A stretch of 64,000 nucleotides of DNA. Source: Crassostrea angulata (lineage: Eukaryota). The first letter of the stretch is position 1. Every line of letters starts with the position of its first letter. Position numbers and translations under genes: made by a program. Of this stretch, positions 24,915 through 38,290 are shown piece after piece. The stretch spans positions 24,643,051 through 24,707,050 of the forward strand of contig NC_069116.1 of assembly GCF_025612915.1 (NCBI RefSeq), given 5' to 3'. A model generated the notes under the pieces. It had not been told where the DNA came from and ran no database searches. It was given only the letters and a program-made list of their open reading frames with translations.

Positions 24915-25653
24915 GTCATCTATTAATTTGTGATTTTTGTGTGTATTAAGTAACGTTTATTTATGCCAGATAAATGCCTGTAGAAACATGATTAGATTAA
25001 TCAAAAACTGAAACTTTGAAATAATTATTTGACAATTAAGTCTGAAAAAACCCAAAATATGTACTGTATCAAGAGATTGTTTGTTTATCATTATTCATAT
25101 ATGAAGCTTGAAATACGGTACATAGAATTCAAGAGCATTAAATATAAAAAAAAAAGTATTTGATCATTGTTAGTAACAATATAGTACATGTACTGCATAT
25201 ACCTCACTATACAATTTGGGCATTTGTTGTGATTTAATATTATACCAAAGTATATGCATGTTCACTGCAGCATTGTTCATGTATATAAACTGAACATATG
25301 TACATGCATATGTACTGTAAACTAACTTTTATTCGCATGCGAGAAAATCCCGCTGTTCGCAACAGCCTTGTTGAAGCAAGTATTTCTCACCGCCGACCAG
25401 CTATTTCTCTGGTGTATATTTTTTTAAGTAATCTGTGACTTGAATGCAAAAATTAGTTGCTGCAAAAGGTTTTATCTTTGGTAAATCGCGAAATAAAGTT
25501 GTCGCGAATAAAAGGTGGTTTCAGTATTTCATATAAATACACTGTACTAAGATTATGAGGAATATGATAATGTTGAGCAACATCACAATATTCCTTGTAA
25601 CCTTTGCAGGCTACCTACAATGTACATTCATTTATACTCCTATGGTTTTCCAG

Positions 25654-25772
25654 ATATGAGAGAACATTCCATTATTTTTATGGTTCAACGTTTGAGAGGA
25701 GGTGCACCTCCTCCTACTATGCATCACCAGGCAAGCTCTAGTCCAAGTGATACCCCGATCTACAGTGTAACG
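25654..25772 (+). CDS. PARP4: Ubiquitin-like domain, C-part ending RLRGG (DMREHSIIFMVQRLRGGAPPP...)
   Basis: Compare ubiquitin KESTLHLVLRLRGG. Perfect GTAAGT donor at 25773. Confidence 0.65.
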
Positions 25773-26418
25773 GTAAGTAGAATCAAATATAGGTACCGGT
25801 AAGATCGAAAAGTCACTGTTCACTAGCTAGAGCAAACAGTGCTTTGAAATTGCATGAATAAGAGTACCATTTTTCCATGACAGTCCAAATTTCACCAGTT
25901 TGTGAGGATGTAGTTTTATAAACAAATGATTTTTCTTGAATGGAAAACTATTCCAGTTCAATTTTTTTTTTTTTTTAATGACTTTGTAATCCATGAATAG
26001 TAATTACAACAGCATACTATGCTTGTTCAATATCTGCATGCATTAAAATTGTGTTTTCAGTGTGAAAGGACACAAAGACCTCTGTAGATGACCTTTATGT
26101 TTGAAAAGAAATTCAAAGCAGATTAATGCTGAACTTGAATTGTTAAAAAATTCAAGCTGCATTACATTTTGTGATTTTAATTAACTTCAAAGTTTACAAG
26201 AGTTTGAGATGTAATATATTTTATTAAGATTTTGGTATCTGAGGAATAATTATCTTGAATTGTAATAAATAAAGGAATGATTTAGTATTTGCTATTAGAT
26301 ACATTTTAGCTTGTGAATAATTTAATAACCTTAGTTACTAGTATATACTTATATACATATGTACTATGAGTAAATGCATGCATGAAGAATTCTATGATGG
26401 AGTTTTTGTTTTGTTTAG

Positions 26419-26467
26419 CTGCCTGTAGAAGATCTGACATCTGGTGAACTTCAATCATGTTTTAAAA
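26419..26467 (+). CDS. PARP4: PARP4-like exon 32 (small)
   Basis: Acceptor ttgtttag, donor GTAAGT. Phase-consistent. Confidence 0.4.
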
Positions 26468-26649
26468 GTAAGTAGCAATTTTTAACTAAAACAGATATAC
26501 ATGTACTACATGTATCTCTCTCAACAAAAAGGAAGGCCTTTTCAGTTTATAATTCTTAAATCTCTCATAATTTTGATACTGAAAGTTAAAGGTTCTTTAT
26601 TGAATTATGTTGCAACCAAACTAAACATTTATGGAAATTTAGACTCCCT

Positions 26650-26757
26650 GTCCAAGCCATCTTCGCTAGCCAAGGGTGACGATCCACTCTGCTACTCTTT
26701 TCACCCAAGGGTGAAAAGAGTAGCAGAGTGGATTGTCACCCTTGGCTAGCGAAGATG
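26650..26757. repeat. Foldback / inverted repeat (arms ~47 bp)
   Basis: tcttcgctagccaagggtgacgatccactctgctactcttttcaccc aa gggtgaaaagagtagcagagtggattgtcacccttggctagcgaagat. Confidence 0.85.
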
Positions 26758-27500
26758 TGTCCAAGGAATGATTTCAATTTACTGACTGTTTAAACTAGGA
26801 AACTTTGATTATAGCTGCATGTTATTGTAGTAACCTCGAAGAAGATTTGTTTATCAGCAAAAAATAGGGTTACTGAGTATAAGTATGATACATGTACAGT
26901 TATGGATTATATAAGCTGTTTAGTTCAAATTTTTAGTGGGGATTGAGACATCACAGATTTTGTGTCATACTGTTAAAATTTATCCCAGTGTATCTTGGTG
27001 AATGCTAGCAAGAAACAATTTTAATCTTTTACCTTCAACAATCTAAAAAATCATCTCTTGAAAGTAACAATTTACCAAAAAGAAAGAATCTAATGATTAT
27101 TGAATTAGATTCCATTTGAATAGATGGTAGTATATAAAGCTTGATTAAAAAGGTTGATCTGCCACTTACCAATTCTAAAGGCATTGTTATCATACTGTAG
27201 GTTCCTAATTAAATATGAGGAATTAACCCTCACCGATTTTAAAGTCTCGCTTTAATTTTTCAGACAGTTTTGATCGCGATTTTTTATTCTCGCGATTTGA
27301 TACAAAACAGCGGAATCGCAGAATTAAGTACTCCCATAAAATAAGGAATTTACAGTATTTGACATTAAAACTACAAGCTGTGCCTTTAAAAGAAAACGTA
27401 GCTTTTTACAGAAGTTTATTAATGACACAACAAGCAGTAGTTTGTGTAGATTTTTCAAAGAGGACATAACTGTATCTTGGTATCATTTAATTCATTGAAG

Positions 27501-27592
27501 AAAAAAAGAAAAAGAAGAAATGTTTAAGTGAAAAAGAGGCAGAAGAGCTGGGATTTCTGGAGAAAATGGATAAAGTTCATACAAATCAAAAG
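27501..27592 (+). CDS. PARP4: Candidate Lys-rich exon bridging into the low-complexity exon
   Basis: Acceptor ttgaag, donor GTACAT. It converts phase 1 to phase 0 exactly as required to enter the exon at 41922. Confidence 0.3.
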
Positions 27593-28939
27593 GTACATTT
27601 AATTTTTGTTAAATGAAAATTAATATAATGAGGAGATATATCTACAAGTATTAACCTTGCTCAAGTATTACATGTATATGCAAATAAAACTTGACAAACA
27701 AAAGTCCCATGAGAATTATTGGGGTTGAAGTGATCTAATAGCTGTGGAAATAAACATTATTTTTAATACATACATGTTACGGTATACAGGGTTATTTTCA
27801 CCCTTCTACACTTGCAAACGGTTTTGCCCTGTCTTATGGAGGCCGACTGTAGTTTTAATTACACTTTTTTTTGCACATTCTAGTATAATACGATGGATTG
27901 ATATTTTTATGAAATTTTCACGATGTCATTTATAAAATTGAACACGATAAACAAAATACAGATATAAATATTTAGATTTTTAAGAATTTTTTTTTTTTAA
28001 ACGATTTTTCCGTTGTGCGGTAGGGGAGCATTGCCATTGCGCTTATGACGTAATGATAAAATGAAGCTTTGTAGGAGTATGTTATAAGAAATAACATAAA
28101 AGAAAAAGTAAAAATTGTACAACGTTGAAATTTTATACACAGAATTATGCTATCTTCAGGGACATTTTTATAATTTTTGGAATAAATCCATTTTACCAAT
28201 CTTCATTCGTAATGCTCCAAATATATAGCAAACTTTGATGCATTTTAATATTTTGAGATGGCCCCCACTAAAAACAAGACGGTAGAATTTAGTATTTTTC
28301 ACATATAAGGTAGGAAATGATATTACCATCATATAACAATTTGAGAAAAAAAGCTATTGTAGTATTTTTTTTAATCTGCTTCGAAATGCTGAAAATGACA
28401 GTTTCCTATATATTCCTATTGTAAATGTACCTCTAATTTGAGATGGTCCCTAAAAAGAACCAGACGGTCGTTTTTCTTGAAACTTTGCAAAGTAACTAGA
28501 ATTGGTTTAAATGACATATGGTTAAAAAATGAAGAGTTTTGCTATTGTAGTTTTTCCGCAAAAAACCCCAAATCGACCTCCATAAATTCAACCAGACTCG
28601 CTTGTGTACTAAAGAAATAACTTGGAAAATTGGAATTCACCCAGTCTTAATTCGCCCACTGACAGCAAGGGCAAAAGGGGCAAAAATTAAATGGGGGCGA
28701 ATATTTCCCTGTATACAGTAATTCTTTTTCAAATAATTTTTTTACTTAATCTATGCATCTCTGAATTTTTTTTTAATCATGCTTTATAATTGACATATTT
28801 GAACACGTATGTACTTTAAAAAGTATCGTGGAGGACATTGCATTTTAGAATCTTTTAACTCTAAATAATAATTCAGTTACTTTGACCCTAAAGATAGTGT
28901 GAATATCAAAGAAGTTAAAAGTAACAGCAACAATGTCCA

Positions 28940-28942
<3 letters not shown>

Positions 28943-28975
<33 letters not shown>

Positions 28976-29081
28976 ATTCTGATCACATTTTGTCCGTCGT
29001 CCGTCTGTCCGTCTGTCTTACCGTCCGTCTGTCCGTCTGTAAACTTTTTACATTTTGAACTTCTTCTCCAAAACTGCTTAT

Positions 29082-29113
<32 letters not shown>

Positions 29114-29300
29114 TTATGGGAGGGCAAATATAAATTGCAAAAATTAAAGTCCGATCTGTATTCAAAGCGGAGAAAACCTTGAAAGTGTAGAAAAAGGGGG
29201 GTGCATTTGTAAAAATCTTCTTCTCAAGAACTACCGAGGCAAATTCAACGTACTTTAGCATAAATTATCCTTATGGGAAGGAAAATATAAATTGCAAAAA
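28943..29300 (+). mobile_element. Pearl-like TIR element, 5' portion only
   Basis: It shares the first ~150 bp (ttagctcacctgagctgaaagctcaagtgagctattctg + (GTCCGTCT)n) with the element at 50214. No matching 3' TIR is found. Confidence 0.5.
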
Positions 29301-30289
29301 TTAAGGGGTAATTTTGTTTCAAATCGAAGTTATTACGAAAATAATAATAAAGGAAAGGCGTGTTTCAATCGGGCTCGGCATCCGGTAAAATGGGTAGGCA
29401 AGACTTGGAGGTATAGAATAGGGTACTTTTTATATCCCATAACCAGGCACTATAACCAGGATGTGCGCATGCGTGAATCAACTTTCCATCGGGATCGGTA
29501 AACGATTGGGAGGAAATTCGAAAGCTATTTGGAGGAACTTCGAACTGATATATGTGCAATTTAAAAATGCGATTTTTATATGAAAAATATGATCAGAAGT
29601 GATTAAAATGTTATGTACATTAGATTTTACACCAAAAAATTAAATAAATAATTGAGAGAACAATCAAAATCAATGTTACAGGAAAACAACAGGCACTTAG
29701 CATCGGAGGGGGGGGGGGGGTTGGAATGGGGGCAGGGACAGGGGGACGGGACTGCCCCCCCCCTCCAGCACACTTTTTTCTCGCAGCAAATATTTTTCTT
29801 GGATTTACTTATAAAAAAGGAAATTAACATACAGTTGCACCCCCCCCCCCCCAATGTTTTTGGGACCATGTAAAATTTGAAATGAAAGAGAGGAAATAAA
29901 CTGTGAAATTGAAGTTAAAGGTACACTTAGCCCCCTACCCCCACGGATTAGGATTTTCAATTATTTAAAAAGAATTTTTGAGTTGGTTTTTTTTTTCAAG
30001 GCAAGATTGGATGAGTCTGCCCTCAACCCACTTTGCTACGATGCTAGGTGCCTGAACAAAATATCATGGTTTCATTACATACATGTATGCTAGTATAAAG
30101 ACTTTATGTAAACCAATATTATCTCGTGCATTGTTCCATTCACCAGGTTCTACAAATACCTTAGTCCAAAATAAATAAAAAATCCAAGACTAAGAGGGGA
30201 AGAAAGAGGAAATCTATTTTCCTTTTTTTCTTTTTACTCAGGAGCTATTTTGTTGGGGGGGGGGGGGGTATTAGGGGTGAACAGGTCAC

Positions 30290-33200
30290 TGACCCCTTGT
30301 AGATCTACACATGACCTATCACCAGGGTCTGTATACACATAACCAGGGTCAGTATACCCATCACCAGGGTCAGAGTACGTATCACCAGAGTCTGTGTGCC
30401 AATCACCAGAGTCTGTACACCCATAACCAGGGCTAGTATACCCATCACCAGGGTCTCCATACCTATCACCAGGGTCAGAGTACGTATCACCAGAGTCTGT
30501 GTGCCCATCACCAGAGTCTGTACACCCATAACCAGGGTCAGTATACCAATCACCAGGGTCTCCATACCTATCACCAGGGTCAGAGAACGTATCACCAGGG
30601 TCTGTGTGCCCTTCACCAGAGTCTGTACACCCATAACCAGGGCCAGTATACCCATCACCAGGGTCTTCATACCTATCACCAGGGTCAGAGTACGTATCAC
30701 CAGAGTCTGTGTGCCCATCACCAGAGTCTGTACACCCATAACCAGGGTCAGTATACCCATCACCAGGGTCTTCATACCTATCACCAGGGTCAGAGAACGT
30801 ATCACCAGAGTCTGTGTGCCCATCACAAGTGTCAGTATACACATAACCAGGGCCAGTATACCCATCACCAGGGTCTTCATACCTATCACCAGGGTCAGAG
30901 TACGTATCACCAGAGTCTGTGTGCCCATCACCAGAGTCTGTACACCCATAACCAGGGTCAGTATACCCATCACCAGGGTCTTCATACCTATCACCAGGGT
31001 CAGAGAACGTATCACCAGAGTCTGTGTGCCCATCACAAGTGTCAGTATACACATAACCAGGGCCAGTATACCCATCACCAGGGTCTTCATACCTATCACC
31101 AGGGTCAGAGTACGTATCACCAGAGTCTGTGTGCCCATCACCAGGGTCTGTATACCCATAACAGGGCCAGTATACCTATCACCAGGGTCTCCATACCTAT
31201 CACCAGGGTCAGAGTACGTATCACCAGAGTCTGTGTGCCCATCACCAGAGTCTGTACACCCATAACCAGGGCCAGTATACCCATCACCAGGGTCTCCATA
31301 CCTATCACCAGGGTCAGAGTATGTGTCACCAGAGTTTGTGTGCCCTTCACCAGGGTCTGGATACCCATAACCAGGGTCAGTATACCCATCACCAGGGTCT
31401 TCATACCTATCACCAGGGTCAGAGTACGTATCACCAGAGTCTGTGTGCCCATCACAAGTGTCAGTATACACATAACCAGGGCCTCCATACCTATCACCAG
31501 GGTCAGAGTACGTATCACCAGAGTCTGTGTGCCCTTCACCAGAGTCTGTACACCCATAACCAGGGCCAGTATACCCATCACCAGGGTCTTCATACCCATC
31601 ACCAGGGTCAAAGTACGTATCACCAGAGTCTGTGTGCCCATCACCAGGGTCTGTATACCCATAACAGGGCCAGTATACCCATCACCAGGGTCTCCATACC
31701 TATCACCAGGGTCAGAGTACGTATCACCAGAGTCTGTGTGCCCATCACCAGAGTCTGTACACCCATAACCAGGGCCAGTATACCCATCACCAGGGTCTCC
31801 ATACCTATCACCAGGGTCAGAGTATGTGTCACCAGAGTTTGTGTGCCCATCACCAGGGTCTGGATACCCATAACCAGGGTCAGTATACCCATCACCAGGG
31901 TCTTCATACCTATCACCAGGGTCAGAGTACGTATCACCAGAGTCTGTGTGCCCATCACCAGGGTCTGTACACCCATAACCAGGGCCAGTATACCCATCAC
32001 CAGGGCCTCCATACCTATCAGCAGGGTCAGAGTACGTATCACCAGAGTCTGTGTGCCCATCACCAGAGTCTGTACACCCATAACCAGGGCCAGTATACCC
32101 ATCACCAGGGTCTCCATACCTATCACCAGGGTCAGAGTATGTGTCACCAGAGTTTGTGTGCCCATCACCAGGGTCTGGATACCCATAACCAGGGTCAGTA
32201 TACCCATCACCAGGGTCTCCATACCTATCACCAGGGTCAGAGTACGTATCACCAGAGTCTGTGTGCCCATCACCAGAGTCTGTACACCCATAACCAGGGC
32301 CAGTATACCCATCACCAGGGTCTCCATACCTATCAGCAGGGTCAGAGTACGTATCACCAGAGTCTGTGTGCCCTTCACCAGAGTCTGTACACCCATAACC
32401 AGGGCCAGTATACCCATCACCAGGGTCTTCATACCTATCACCAGGGTCAGAGTACGTGTCACCAGAGTTTGTGTGCCCATCACCAGGGTATGGATACCCA
32501 TAACCAGGGTCAGTATACCCATCACCAGGGTCTTCATACCTATCACCAGGGTCAGAGTACGTATCACCAGAGTCTGTGTGCCCATCACAAGTGTCAGTAT
32601 ACACATAACCAGGGTCTCCATACCTATCACCAGGGTCAGAGTACGTATCACCAGAGTCTGTGTGCCCTTCACCAGAGTCTGTACACCCATAACCAGGGCC
32701 AGAATACCCATCACCAGGGTCTTCATACCCATCACCAGGGTCAAAGTACGTATCACCAGAGTCTGTGTGCCCATCACCAGGGTCTGTATACCCATAACAG
32801 GGCCAGTATACCCATCACCAGGGTCTCCATACCTATCACCAGGGTCAGAGTACGTATCACCAGAGTCTGTGTGCCCTTCACCAGAGTCTGTACACCCATA
32901 ACCAGGGCCAGTATACCCATCACCAGGGTCTCCATACCTATCACCAGGGTCAAAGTACGTGTCACCAGAGTTTGTGTGCCCATCACCAGGGTCTGGATAC
33001 CCATAACCAGGGTCAGTATACCTATCACCAGGGTCTCCATACCTATCACCAGGGTCAGAGTACGTATCACCAGAGTCTGTGTGCCCATCACCAAAGTCTG
33101 TACACCCATAACCAGGGCCAGTATACCCATCACCAGGGTCTCCATACCTATCACCAGGGTCAGAGTACGTATCACCAGAGTTTGTGTGCCCATCACCAGG

Positions 33201-34295
33201 GTCTGTACACCCATAACCAGGGTCTGTATACCCATCACCAGGGTCTCCATACCTATCACCAGGGTCAGCGTGCGTATCACCAGAGTCTGTGTGCCCATCA
33301 CCAGGGTCTGTACACCCATATCCAGGGTTGGTATACCCATCACGAGGGTCTCCATACCTATCACCAGTGACTGAGTGCGTGTCACCAGAGTCTGTGTGCC
33401 CATCACCAGGGTCTGTACGCCAATAACCAGGGTCAGTATACCCATCATCAGGGTCTCAATACCTATCACCAGGGTCATAGTACGTGTCACCAGAGTCTGT
33501 GTGCCTATCACCAGGGTCTGTACATCCATAACCAGGGCCAGTATACCCATCACCAGGGTCTCCATACCTATCACCAGGGTCATCATATCCATCACTAGAG
33601 TTTGTGTGCCCAACAATGGGGTCTGTATACCCATCACCAGGGTCAGTATACCAATCATCCGGGTCTGTACACCCATAACCAGGGTCAGTATACCCATCAC
33701 CAGGGTCTTCATATCTATCACCAGGATCAGAGTACGTATCACCAGAGTCTGTACACCCATAACCAGGGTCAGTATACCCATCACCAGGGTATGTACACCC
33801 ATAACCAGGGTTATTATACCCATCACCAGGGTATGTACACCCATAACCAGGGTCAGTATATCCATCACCAGGGTCTCAATACCTATTACCAGGGTCAGAG
33901 TACGTATCACCAGAGTCTGTGTGCTCATAACCAGGGTCTGTACATCCATAGCCAAAGTCAGTATACCCATCACCCGGGTCTCAATACCTATCACCAGGGT
34001 CATAATGCCTATCACCAGAGTCAGAGTACGTATCACCAGAACTGTAAACATATCACCTGGGTCATTATACCTTTTAGTAGGGTCAGTGTTCGTAGTACTA
34101 GGGTCTGTGTGCCCATCATCATGGTCTGTATATTCATAACAAAGGTCAGTTTACCCTTCACCAGGGTCTTAATACTTTTCACCAGGATAGTGTACGCATG
34201 CATCAATAGGGTCTGTGTGCCCATCACCAGGGTCAGTATACCTAACACAACAGTCAGTGCACTTATCATTAGGGTTTGTATATCCATTACCTGAG
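30290..34295 (-). repeat. Satellite array, left arm (21-bp subunit, 105-bp higher-order unit; reverse orientation)
   Basis: Unit rc(ggtgatgggtatactggccct ggttatgggtgtacagactct ggtgatgggcacacagactct ggtgatacgtactctgaccct ggtgataggtatggagaccct). Copies are more degenerate toward the centre. The unit has no stop codon in any of the six frames. Confidence 0.9.
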
Positions 34296-37200
34296 TCAGG
34301 TAATACTGACCCTGTTGATAAGTAGAGTGACCCTGGTGATAGGTATACTGATCATGGTGAAGAGCACACATACCTTGGTGATACGTACACTCATGATCCT
34401 TGTGATAGGTATACTGTCTCAGGTGATGGTTATACTTACCCTGGTTATAGATTTTGAGATTCTGGTGTTACGTAAGCTGACCTTATAATATCTACACTTT
34501 TGTGTATACCGACTCTGGTGATGGATACATACTGACCCCTGTGATTGGCTACAGACCCTTGTGATACGTACACTGACTCTGTCGATAGGTATACTGACCC
34601 TGGTGATAGAGAATGTGATAGATATACCGGTGATAAATGTACTGACTCTTGTGATAGGTATACTGACCTTGGAGATGGGCCCTCAGACCCACGGATGCGT
34701 ACACTGACACGGCCGTTAGGTAAACTAACTCTGGTGATAGGTAATAGGTACAGTTATCCTGGTGAAAGTCTACTGATCAAGGTAATGGATGTACAAACCC
34801 TGAAGATAAGTGCACTGACTGTTGTGATAGATATACTGACTCTAATGATGGGCACACAGACCCTATTGATTCGTAAACTATTCCTGGTGATAAGTATTTA
34901 GACCCTGGTGATGGGCATACTGGCCCTGGTTATGGGTGTACAGACTCTGGTGATGGGCACACAGACTCTGGTGATACGTAGTCTGACCCTGGTGACTGGT
35001 ATGATGACACTGGTGATGGGTATACTGACACTGGTTATGGGTGTACAGACTCTGGTGATGGGCACACAGACTCTGGTGATACGTACTCTGACCTTGGTGA
35101 TAGGTATGGAGACCCTGGTGATAGGTATACTGACCCTGGTTATGGGTATCCAGACCCTGGTGATGGGCACACAAACTCTGGTGACACGTACTCTGACCCT
35201 GGTGATAGGTATGGATACCCTGGTGATGGGTATACTGACCCTGGTTATGGGTCTACAGACTCTGGTGATGGGCATACAGACTCTGGTGATACGTACTCTG
35301 ACCCTGGTGATAGGTATGGAGACCCTGGTGATGGGTATACTGGCCCTGTTATGGGTATACAGACTCTGGTGATACGTACTTTGACCCTGGTGATGGGTAT
35401 GAAGACCCTGGTGATGGGTATACTGGCCCTGGTTATGGGTGTACAGACTCTGGTGAAGGGCACACAGATTCTGGTGATACGTACTCTGACCCTGTTGATA
35501 GGTATGGAGACCTTGGTGATGGGTATACTGGCCCTGGTTATGTGTATACTGACACTTGTGATGGACACACAGACTCTGGTGATACGTACTCTGACCCTGG
35601 TGATAGGTATGAAGACCCTGGTGATGGGTATACTGACCCTGGTTATGGGTATCCAGACCCTGGTAATGGATACACAAACTCTGGTGACACGTACTCTGAC
35701 CCTTGTGATAGGTATGAAGACCCTTGTGATCGGTATACTGGCCCTGGTTATGGGTGTACAGACTCTGGTGAAGGGCACACAGACTCTGGTGATACGTACT
35801 CTGACCCTGGTGATAAGTATGAAGACCCTGGTGATGGGTATACTGGCCCTGGTTATGGGTATACATACCCTGGTGATGGGCACACAGACTCTGGTGATAC
35901 GTACTCTGACCCTGGTGATAGGTATGGAGACCCTGGTGATGGGTATACTGACCATGGTTATGGGTATCCAGACCCTGGTGATGGGCACACAAACTCTGGT
36001 GACACATACTCTGACCCTGGTGATAGGTATGGAGACCCTGGTGATGGGTATACTGGCCCTGGTTATGGGTGTACAGACTCTGGTGATGGGCACACAGACT
36101 CTGGTGATACGTACTCTGATCCTGCTGATAGGTATGGAGACCCTGGTGATGGGTATACTGACCCTGGTTATGGGTATCCAGACCCTGGTGATGGGCACAC
36201 AGACTCTGGTGACACGCACTCTGACCCTGGTGATAGGTATGGAGACCCTGGTGATTGGTATACTGGCCCTGGTTATGGGTGTACAGACCCTGGTGATGGG
36301 CACACAGACTCTGGTGATAAGCACGCTGACCCTGGTGATAGGTATGGAGACCCTGGTGATGGGTATACTGACCCTGGTTATGGGTGTACAGACCCTGGTG
36401 AAGGGCACACAGACTCTAGTGATACGTACTCTGACCCTGGTGATAGGTATGGAGACCCTGGTGATGGGTATACTGGCCCTGGTTATGGGTGTACAGACTT
36501 TGGTGATGGGCACACAGACTCTGGTGATACGTACTCTGACCCTGGTGTTAGGTATGGAGACCCTGGTGATAGGTATACTGACCCTGGTTATGGGTATCCA
36601 GACCCTGGTGATGGGCACACAAACTCTGGTGACACGTACTCTGACCCTGGTGATAGGTATGGAGACCCTGGTGATGGGTATACTGGCCCTGGTTATGGGT
36701 GTACAGACTCTGGTGAAGGGCACACAGACTCTGGTGATACGTACTCTGACCCTGGTGATAGGTATGGAGACCCTGGTGATGGGTATACTGGCCCTGTTAT
36801 GGGTATCCAGACCCTGGTGATGGGCACACAGACTCTGGTGATACGTACTTTGACCCTGGTGATGGGTATGAAGACCCTGGTGATGGGTATACTGGCCCTG
36901 GTTATGGGTGTACAGACTCTGGTGATGGGCACACAGACTCTGGTGATACGTACTCTGACCCTGCTGATAGGTATGGAGGCCCTGGTGATGGGTATACTGG
37001 CCCTGGTTATGGGTATACAGACCCTGGTGATGGGCACACAGACTCTGGTGATACGTACTCTGACCCTGGTGATAGGTATGGAGACCCTGGTGATGGGTAT
37101 ACTGACCCTGGTTATGGGTATCCAGACCCTGGTGATGGGCACACAAACTCTGGTGACACATACTCTGACCCTGGTAATAGGTATGGAGACCCTGGTGATG

Positions 37201-38290
37201 GGTATACTGGCCCTGGTTATGGGTGTACAGACTCTGATGATGGGCACACAGACTCTGGTGATACGTACTCTGACCCTGGTGATAGGTATGGAGACCCTGG
37301 TGATGGGTATACTGACCCTGGTTATGGGTATCCAGACCCTGGTGATGGGCACACAGACTCTGGTGACACATACTCTGACCCTGGTGATAGGTATGGAGAC
37401 CCTGGTGATGGGTATACTGGCCCTGGTTATGGGTGTACAGACTCTGGTGATGGGCACACAGACTCTGGTGATACGTACTCTGACCCTGGTGATAGGTATG
37501 GAGACCCTGGTGATGGGTATACTGGCCCTGTTATGGGTATACAGACCCTGGTGATGGGCACACAGACTCTGGTGATACGTACTCTGACCCTGGTGATAGG
37601 TATGGAGACCCTGGTGATAGGTATACTGGCCCTGTTATGGGTATACAGACCCTGGTGATGGGCACACAGACTCTGGTGATACGTACTCTGACCCTGGTGA
37701 TAGGTATGAAGACCCTGGTGATGGGTATACTGGCCCTGGTTATGTGTATACTGACACTTGTGATGGGCACACAGACTCTGGTGATACGTTCTCTGACCCT
37801 GGTGATAGGTATGAAGACCCTGGTGATGGGTATACTGACCCTGGTTATGGGTATCCAGACCCTGGTGATGGGCACACAGACTCTGGTGATACGTACTCTG
37901 ACCCTGGTGATAGGTATGAAGACCCTGGTGATGGGTATACTGGCCCTGGTTATGGGTGTACAGACTCTGGTGAAGGGCACACAGACCCTGGTGATACGTT
38001 CTCTGACCCTGGTGATAGGTATGGAGACCCTGGTGATTGGTATACTGACCCTGGTTATGGGTGTACAGACTCTGGTGATGGGCACACAGACTCTGGTTAT
38101 ACGTACTCTGACCCTGGTGATAGGTATGGAGACCCTGGTGATGGGTATACTAGCCCTGGTTATGGGTGTACAGACTCTGGTGATGGGCACACAGACTCTG
38201 GTGATACGTACTCTGACCCTGGAGACCCTGGTGATGGGTATACTGACCCTGGTTATGTGTATACAGACCCTGGTGATAGGTCATGTGTAG
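34296..38290 (+). repeat. Satellite array, right arm (same 21/105-bp unit, forward orientation)
   Basis: As above. Called ORFs up to 708 aa in all frames (GDGYTDP..., TLVMGIQ..., PITRVCT..., YHQGQST...) are artefacts of a stop-free unit. Recurrent 1-bp indels (ggccctgttatggg) switch frames. Confidence 0.9.

Noticed and set aside
30290-38290. Highly regular direct repeats superficially resembling a CRISPR array
   Set aside because: The sequence is eukaryotic. The repeats are contiguous with no unique spacers, there are no cas genes, and the array is palindromic.
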